From: an uncultured Chloroflexia bacterium
GTDB taxonomy: Bacteria; Chloroflexota; Limnocylindria; Limnocylindrales; CSP1-4
Direction: 5' to 3'
Length of the DNA stretch: 64,000 nt
NCBI GenBank assembly: GCA_963734995.1
Contig: CAVTJD010000010.1
Span: 81,103 to 145,102, forward strand
Shown: one piece after another, positions 57,825 to 64,000 of the stretch
Numbering within the stretch: the stretch's first letter is position 1
How the letters are laid out: every line of letters starts with the position of its first letter
Notes under the pieces: model-generated
What the model was told of the DNA's origin: nothing
Database searches by the model: none
Seen by the model: only the letters and a program-made list of their open reading frames with translations
Translations under genes and position numbers: made by a program

Positions 57825-58832
57825 GTGCGCGCGATGGTTCTCGCCAGACCCGGCCCGGCGTCCGCCGCGCCGCTCGCGCTCGAGGATCGACCCGAGCTGA
57901 CGCCGGCGGCCGGTGAGCTGCGGCTGCGGGTGACCGCCTGCGGCGTGTGCCGGACCGACCTCCAGATCGTGGAGGGCGACCTCGCCGCACGGCAGCTGCC
58001 GATCATCCCCGGTCACCAGGTGGTGGGCGTCGTCGATGCGCTCGGGCCGGGCGTCAGCGGCTGGGCCGTCGGCGATCGGGCCGGCATCACGTGGCTCGCC
58101 GGCACCGACGGCACGTGCCGGTTCTGCGTCACGGACCGCGAGAACCTGTGCGAGGCGGCGACGTTCACCGGCTGGGATCGCGACGGTGGCTATGCCGAGG
58201 CCGTCCTGGTCCGCGCCGCATTCGCCGTCCGGCTCCCCGACTCGTATCCCGACCTGTCCGCGGCGCCGCTGCTGTGCGGCGGCGTGATCGGCTACCGGGC
58301 GCTGGGCGTGGCAGGCATCGGACCCGCGTCGGAGGGTGCCCGGCTCGGGCTGTACGGGTTCGGCGCATCGGCGCGCCAGGCGCTCCAGGTGGCCCGGGCG
58401 TGGGACGTCGACGTGTACGTGGCCACCCGCTCGTCGTCCGAGCAGGCGCGGGCCCTCGAGCTGGGCGCGGCCTGGGCGGGCGGGATCGATGACCGGCCGC
58501 CAAAGCCGCTCGATGCCGCCGTGACCTTCGCGCCCGTTGGCTCCGTGGTCGCGGCGGCCCTTCGCGCCCTCGACCGCGGCGGCGTCGTCGCCATCAACGC
58601 GATCCACCTCGACAAGCTGCCCGAGATGCCCTATGACGACCTGTGGTGGGAGCGATCGATCCGTAGCGTCGCCAACGTCACTCGTCAGGATGCCCGCGAG
58701 TATCTCGCGCTGGCCGCTCGCATCAACCTCGCGACCGACATCGAGACCCATCCGCTGGCCGACGCCAACCTCGCGCTCGAGCGGCTGGCCGCCGGCAAGG
58801 TGGCCGGGACGGCGGTGCTCACGATCGAGTAG
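57825..58832 (+). CDS. Zinc-dependent alcohol dehydrogenase (MDR superfamily)
   Basis: It has the catalytic-Zn motif CGVCRTD, structural-Zn cysteines (CRFCVTDRENLC) and the Rossmann motif GLYGFGASA. Confidence 0.85.
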   Translation: MRAMVLARPGPASAAPLALEDRPELTPAAGELRLRVTACGVCRTDLQIVEGDLAARQLPIIPGHQVVGVVDALGPGVSGWAVGDRAGITWLAGTDGTCRFCVTDRENLCEAATFTGWDRDGGYAEAVLVRAAFAVRLPDSYPDLSAAPLLCGGVIGYRALGVAGIGPASEGARLGLYGFGASARQALQVARAWDVDVYVATRSSSEQARALELGAAWAGGIDDRPPKPLDAAVTFAPVGSVVAAALRALDRGGVVAINAIHLDKLPEMPYDDLWWERSIRSVANVTRQDAREYLALAARINLATDIETHPLADANLALERLAAGKVAGTAVLTIE

Positions 58833-58921
58833 CCCGACGGCGCGTCCGATACCGAAGATCGAACGGTTGTCCCCGGTCTGACGTCCCTCCAGATGACCAA
58901 ACCGACCGTGGAGGGAGGGGC

Positions 58922-59446
58922 ATGCTCGATCAGGCCGGGGCGGCCGTGAGCCCGGACGACGCCGTCCGCCGGATGCTGTTGACTCGCATCGACGATTCGT
59001 TCCGGCTGGCGACCTTCATCCTGCGCGACCCGGAAGCCGCCGAGGATGCCGTCCAGGAGGCCGCGCTCCTCGCGTGGCGCAAGCGACGCTCGCTGCGCGA
59101 CGACCAGGCGGTCGACGGCTGGTTCACCAGGATCCTCGTCAATGTGTGCCGCGATCAGCTGCGACACCGGTCGCGCCAACCGCGGATCGTCACCCTGGAT
59201 CTGTCAATGGACCAGGGCACGGCGATGGCAGGCGGCGGCGGCGACCTCGGGCCGGCCATCCGCCGGCTGACCCCCGACGAGCAGGCGCTGCTGGCCCTGC
59301 GGTTCGGGCGCGATCTCACGGTCCCCGAGATCGCCGATCGGCTTCAGGTTCCCGAGGGCACCGTCAAGTCACGACTCCATTCCACGCTCCAGCACCTGCG
59401 TGCCGCGCTCGACGCCGAGCGCCGGTCGGAGGAGGCGACACGATGA
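58922..59446 (+). CDS. ECF-type RNA polymerase sigma-70 factor
   Basis: It has region 2 (AEDAVQEAALLAWRK…) and a region 4 HTH (LTVPEIADRLQVPEGTVKSRL). A GGAGGGAGGGG RBS is present. Confidence 0.8.
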   Translation: MLDQAGAAVSPDDAVRRMLLTRIDDSFRLATFILRDPEAAEDAVQEAALLAWRKRRSLRDDQAVDGWFTRILVNVCRDQLRHRSRQPRIVTLDLSMDQGTAMAGGGGDLGPAIRRLTPDEQALLALRFGRDLTVPEIADRLQVPEGTVKSRLHSTLQHLRAALDAERRSEEATR

Positions 59447-60771
59447 ACGACCGCGAGCTCGAAACCCTGCTTCGCAGCCACTACCGGGCGATCGACCCGA
59501 CGGTCGCCCCGCGTGATCTGGGGGTTCGTGTGGACGAAGCGCTGATCAGTCGCACCGGCCGATGGACGTTCCTCGGTCGAATGCCGGCACTCGCCGCAGG
59601 CGTTGCGGCGGTCGCCGTCATCGCGATCCTGGCCGCGAGCCTGATGCCCGGCATCATCACCGGTCCGGCGGCCCCGTCGCCGACGGCGACGCCCTCGGCC
59701 TCTCCGTCGCCGAGCGCACCCGTGACGCCCAGCCCCGCGCCCGCGATCAGCCTGACGCCCGCCGCCACGCTGCCGGGCGGATCGGTGCCTCCGGTCTCAA
59801 CCGAGACCTGGGCCACGCTGGATCTCCAGCCGCTGGTCGGCGGGCCGCAGGCGGGGCAGGTCGTCGCCTGGCCCGGAGGCTACCTCGCGCTGGGGGTCGC
59901 ACCCGGCGCGGCCTGGGTCTCGACCGATGGCCGGACGTGGACCGTACTGCCCGGGGGCACATTCGGAGACGTCACCTCCGTCGTGGCGGCGCCCCTGTCC
60001 GACGGCATCGCGGTCCTCGCCGTGGACGCGGCCGGACGCACCACTGCCTGGCGCTCCACCGACGGCCTGACCTGGACCGAGAGCCCGGCTCCCGCTTTGC
60101 GCCTGGCTGGAGCGACCGACGTCGCCGGTGGGCCGGCGGGTCTGGTGGCGATCACCGAGAGCGCACCCTATCGTCTCGCGGTGAGCGCAGATGGCACCGA
60201 GTGGCATACCGCGTCGCTTCCCGGCCCAGGCGCTGCCAGCGCCCAGGGTGTCGCAGCCTTCGGCAACGGGTTCGTCGCCGTCGGCGACTCGGGGACCGCA
60301 TCCGGTTCGCCCGTCGCCTGGTGGTCACCCGACGGTGTCACCTGGAACCTCGCGCAGGTGCCTGAGCACCCGGGCGACGGGTTCGCCGGCGTGCACTCGG
60401 GCGCGACCGGTCTCGTCGCGACGAGCCAGACCCGCAGCGTTCCTGGCGTGACGACCTACTGGATCAGTCCCGACGGCGGCCGATCCTGGCAGCTGGCGGA
60501 CGATCCGCTGGGCATCTGGCAGCAGGGCGAGGGAGCAGGGAGCGCAAACGGCCTGTTCTCGGGCGACGGGACGCGGCTCCTGGGTTACGGCATCCGGGCC
60601 GACGGACAACCGACCGAGTACTGGACCTCCACCAATGCCACGGACTGGACCAGGTTGGCGCTCACGGGCGACACGGCAGCCGCGGTGGCAGGCGACGTGA
60701 CACCGATGCTGCTCCGAGACGGCGTCCTGTTCGCCGGCAGCGGCGGCACCTGGTTCGGCGCTGCACCGTGA
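59442..60771 (+). CDS. Putative anti-sigma factor: N-terminal cytoplasmic segment, one TM, Pro/Ser/Thr linker and an extracytoplasmic domain with BNR/sialidase-like (S/T-x-D-G-x-T-W) repeats
   Basis: It is translationally coupled (ATGA) to the ECF sigma factor. Repeated STDGRTWT / STDGLTWT / SPDGVTWN / SPDGGRSW motifs are present. Confidence 0.5.
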
Positions 60772-60782
60772 TGGCAATCGTC

Positions 60783-60817
60783 ATGGGCCGGCCGCGCCCC
60801 CCGCGCGGCCGGCCCAT
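60783..60817. terminator. Perfect 15-bp stem hairpin (ATGGGCCGGCCGCGC-ccccc-GCGCGGCCGGCCCAT) between convergent genes; a candidate bidirectional terminator
   Basis: Read directly. It lies 12 bp after the anti-sigma stop and 21 bp from the opposite gene's stop. No U-tract is present, which is common in high-GC genomes. Confidence 0.5.
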
Positions 60818-60837
60818 GTGCCCGGTGAGTCAGTGAC

Positions 60838-62184
60838 TCAGCGGGCTGTGGCGACGGACGCCTTGGCGCGCTCGATGATCGGCGCCAGTGCCTCGTCAAG
60901 CGTCGTGGCCTGCGGTTCCAGCTCGTAGCGCACGCGGACGATCGGCTTCGGAACGGACAGCACCCGTGTGAGGTCGATCGGCGTCGCGGCCAGCACGACA
61001 TCGGCGGGAATGGCGGTCAGGGCCGCCTCCAGCTCGCCGATCTGCTTGGCGCCGTAGCCCATCGCCGGCAGCAGCCGGTCGAGGTCCGGGTACCTGGCCA
61101 GGGTCGCGGCGAGCTCACCCGCGGCGTACGGTCGCGGATCGACGATCTCGGATGCGCCGAACCGTCGCGCGGCGACGATGCCGGCGCCGTACGTCATCCC
61201 GCCGTGGGTCAGCGTCGGCCCGTCCTCGACCACAACGACCGTCCGGCCGCGGATGTCGCCGCCCTCGAGCGCCAGCGACGAGCGCGCCTCGACCACCGCC
61301 GCCCCGGGGTTCACCTCGGCGATGTCGCGATGGACGGCCTCCAGGCCCTCGGGTGTGGCCGAGTCGATCTTGTTGACCACGACCAGGTCGGCCATGCGCA
61401 GGTTCGCTTCGCCCGGGTGATAGCGGAGCTCGTGCCCCGGCCGCAGGGGATCGACCACCACCACCATCAGGTCGGGCCGGTAGAAGGGCAGGTCGTTGTT
61501 GCCGCCGTCCCACAGCACCACGTCGGCCTCGGCCTCGGCGGCACGCAGGATCTGCTCGTAATCGACGCCGGCGAACACCAGCCGTCCCGCGTCGAGATGC
61601 GGCTCGTACTCCTCGCGCTCCTCGATCGTGGTCTGGTAGCGGTCGAGATCGGCGTAGGTCTGGTATCGCTGCACTCGCTGCGCGACCAGGTCGCCGTACG
61701 GCATCGGGTGACGGACGATCGCCACGCGGAGACCCTGCGCCTCGAGCGCGCTGGCCACGTAGCGACTGGTCTGGCTCTTGCCGCTGCCCGTCCGCACGGC
61801 ACACACGGCGACGACCGGCCGGCTGCTGGCGATCATCGTCCGCACCGGGCCCAGCAGCTCGAAATCGGCACCGGCCGCAAGCGCCCGCGATGCGGCGTGC
61901 ATCACGGTCTCGTGGCTCACGTCGCTGTACGCGAACACGACGGTGTCGACGGCGAGCTGGCGAATGAGCGACTCGAGCTCCGCCTCGGGTCGGATCGGGA
62001 TCCCGGCCGGATAGCGCTCGCCGGCAAGCTCGGGCGGATACCGCCGGTCGGCGATGCCGGGGATCTGGGTGGCCGTGAACGCAACGACCTCGACGCTCGG
62101 GTCGTCGCGGTAGGCGACGTTGAAGTCGTGGAAGTCGCGTCCGGCCGCGCCCATGATCAGCACGCGATTGGTGCGCATGATCAC
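60838..62184 (-). CDS. P-loop protein resembling the cyclic 2,3-diphosphoglycerate synthetase family (assignment tentative)
   Basis: It has a Walker A motif AVRTGSGKSQTS, and VVNKIDSATPEGLE resembles an NKxD-like block. The protein is about 445 aa. The family call comes from memory of cPGS-like bacterial proteins. Confidence 0.35.
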   Translation of the reverse strand: MIMRTNRVLIMGAAGRDFHDFNVAYRDDPSVEVVAFTATQIPGIADRRYPPELAGERYPAGIPIRPEAELESLIRQLAVDTVVFAYSDVSHETVMHAASRALAAGADFELLGPVRTMIASSRPVVAVCAVRTGSGKSQTSRYVASALEAQGLRVAIVRHPMPYGDLVAQRVQRYQTYADLDRYQTTIEEREEYEPHLDAGRLVFAGVDYEQILRAAEAEADVVLWDGGNNDLPFYRPDLMVVVVDPLRPGHELRYHPGEANLRMADLVVVNKIDSATPEGLEAVHRDIAEVNPGAAVVEARSSLALEGGDIRGRTVVVVEDGPTLTHGGMTYGAGIVAARRFGASEIVDPRPYAAGELAATLARYPDLDRLLPAMGYGAKQIGELEAALTAIPADVVLAATPIDLTRVLSVPKPIVRVRYELEPQATTLDEALAPIIERAKASVATAR

Positions 62185-62533
62185 CTCAGGGGAGGGGCCT
62201 CGTCAGACGCCCGCGCCGATGCAGATCTGTGGACCAGCAGGCGGACGCGGCGGTCTCACCTCCGCGTCGTCTCAGCATGACCGCCCGGGTCAGGACCGGT
62301 CCCCGGCCGGGTCTCCCTGCGTGAGGTGCCGCAGGTCCCGTGAAGGGGGTCCGATCGGCACTCACGGGCGCCGGCGCCGTCCCTGAGACTGATTGGTGAG
62401 GCGGGTGCCGGAGGGGACGCCCGGCACCCGCCCGAAACGCTGATGACCCTCGCCGGTTGGCGGGGGTTCGTGATTCCCGGCGGGCTTCCCGGCGGGCTGC
62501 CGGGCCGTGCGCGTCGGCCTTGGCCGACGTCGG

Positions 62534-63808
62534 CTACAGCTCCTGGTGCTTGTGCGCCTGGCTGGTCAGCCAGTCGCGGTGATCCGGATGCGCGATCGCG
62601 ATCAGTGCGGCCGCCCGCTCGCGCAGGCTCTTGCCCCACAGCTCGGCCACGCCCCATTCGGTCACCACCGTCCGCACGTGGGCACGCGTTGTGACCACGC
62701 CGGCACCTTCCTTGAGTGCGGGCACGATGCGTGACACGGACCCGTCCGCGCCGGCCGTCGAGGGCAGGGCGATGATCGGACGTCCGCCGGGAGCCAGCGC
62801 GGCACCACGGATGAAGTCCATCTGGCCGCCGATCCCCGAGTACACCCGGTAGCCGATCGAGTCCGCGACCACCTGCCCCGTGAGATCGACCTCGATCGCC
62901 GAGTTGATGGCGGTCATGTTGGTGAACGACCGGATCACGTGGGTGTCGTTGGTGAAGTCCACGGGCCGCATCTCGACCATCGGGTTGTCGGCCACGAAGT
63001 CGTACAGCCTGCGCGTGCCCATCATGAACGCGGCGACCAGCTTGCCCCGGTTGCGCGCCTTGCGATCCCCGGTGACGACCCCGGCCTCGACCAGGTCGAC
63101 CACAGCGTCGGTGAACATCTCGGTGTGGATGCCCAGATCCTTCTTGTCGATCAGGAACTCGGCGGTGGCGGTGGGGATCGCGCCGATCCCGAACTGGAGC
63201 GTCGCCCCATCCTCGACGAGATCGGCGATGAAGTGACCGATCCGCCGCTCGACATCGCCGATGGCCGGCTTCGGGACCTCGTGAACCGGCTCATCGACCT
63301 CGACCCCGAAGTCGATCTGGCTGACGTGGATGAACGACTCACCGAGCGTCCGCGGCATGGCGCTGTTGAGCTGGACGATCACTGTCTTCGCCGCCTCGAT
63401 CGCGGTGTGCATCGCCTCCACCGACACCCCCAGCGAGCAGAAGCCGTGGGCATCGGGCGGCGTGGCGTTGACCAGGACGGCGTCGAGCGGCAGCGCTCCC
63501 GAGCTGAACAGCTCGGGCACGTCGGACAGGAACACGGGCACGAAGTCCGCGCGACCCTCGGCCACCGCCTTCCGCGCGTTTGGCCCGACGAACAGCGCGC
63601 GATGGCGGAAGTGCGGCGCCATCTCGGGGGCCAGGTGCGGGCCCGGACCCTCGCAGTGGAGGTGGGCGATGCTGACATCCCGCAGCTCCTGCGCCCGATC
63701 GACCAGGGCCTGGAGGAGCACCTCGGGTGTCGCGGCCGCGCACTGGACGTAGATCTGGTCGCGGGACCGGACGCCGGCGACCGCTTCCTGAGCACTGACG
63801 ATCTGCAT
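62534..63808 (-). CDS. Acetyl-CoA hydrolase/transferase-family CoA-transferase (4-hydroxybutyrate / succinyl-CoA:acetate type)
   Basis: It has characteristic blocks (QFGIGAIPTATAEFL; EMFTDAVVDLVEAG; SGIGGQMDFIRGAA) with the catalytic Glu in EMFTD. Confidence 0.85.
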   Translation of the reverse strand: MQIVSAQEAVAGVRSRDQIYVQCAAATPEVLLQALVDRAQELRDVSIAHLHCEGPGPHLAPEMAPHFRHRALFVGPNARKAVAEGRADFVPVFLSDVPELFSSGALPLDAVLVNATPPDAHGFCSLGVSVEAMHTAIEAAKTVIVQLNSAMPRTLGESFIHVSQIDFGVEVDEPVHEVPKPAIGDVERRIGHFIADLVEDGATLQFGIGAIPTATAEFLIDKKDLGIHTEMFTDAVVDLVEAGVVTGDRKARNRGKLVAAFMMGTRRLYDFVADNPMVEMRPVDFTNDTHVIRSFTNMTAINSAIEVDLTGQVVADSIGYRVYSGIGGQMDFIRGAALAPGGRPIIALPSTAGADGSVSRIVPALKEGAGVVTTRAHVRTVVTEWGVAELWGKSLRERAAALIAIAHPDHRDWLTSQAHKHQEL

Positions 63809-63879
63809 GGACCGAGTCTATGGGGGCCGGCGGAGGATGGCGCGTCCGACCCGTTCAGGCCGCGGCGGGAGAGGACCTC

Positions 63880-63990
63880 GACGGTCGGGAGCACGGAGCC
63901 CGAGCCGTCGTTGCGAGCTCTCGGCGATCAGCGGCGACGGGCCGGCGCCGGCAGTCCTCGGCGATCAGCGGCGACGGGCCGGCGGGAACG
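63880..63990. repeat. Tandem duplication of a unit of about 41 bp (ctcggcgatcagcggcgacgggccggcg…) upstream of the CoA-transferase gene
   Basis: Read directly, near the end of the window. Confidence 0.7.
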
Positions 63991-64000
63991 CGCTGCCGTC

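Overview
This is a 64-kb, very GC-rich (roughly 70% or more) chromosomal segment, densely coding on both strands. Many gene junctions overlap as ATGA or GTGA stop/start pairs, indicating translational coupling. The gene content looks actinobacterial, possibly Thermoleophilia/Rubrobacteria-like, but this is a guess. No rRNA, tRNA, CRISPR array, transposase or integrase was recognised.

The main blocks, in order:
- partial manA
- a ferritin-like/VIT1 iron transporter followed by a cupin protein
- a repeat-rich 780-bp intergenic region
- ornithine cyclodeaminase, a DMT permease and an SDR oxidoreductase
- a truncated suf locus (sufB, sufD, Rieske protein)
- a candidate sulfation locus (12.8–24.3 kb): three paralogous sulfotransferase-like genes, a GT2 glycosyltransferase, cysC, a TauE/SafE permease, cysQ, cysD and cysN
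- an AI-2E transporter, MarR with an RND pump, OsmC and a phosphotriesterase
- TetR with an MmpL transporter, with a clear operator and promoter between them
- a sulfide/persulfide cluster: ArsR-family regulator, DsrE, TusA, DsrE, TusA and a sulfide:quinone oxidoreductase
- a four-subunit 2-oxoacid:ferredoxin oxidoreductase
- a group-3-type [NiFe] hydrogenase with a fused beta-gamma diaphorase and its maturation protease
- an ECF sigma / anti-sigma pair
- a CoA-transferase

A striking recurring feature is short tandem duplication (12–72 bp units) in intergenic DNA. It often copies the last codons plus stop codon of a gene, as at cysN, the RND pump, the phosphotriesterase and korG.
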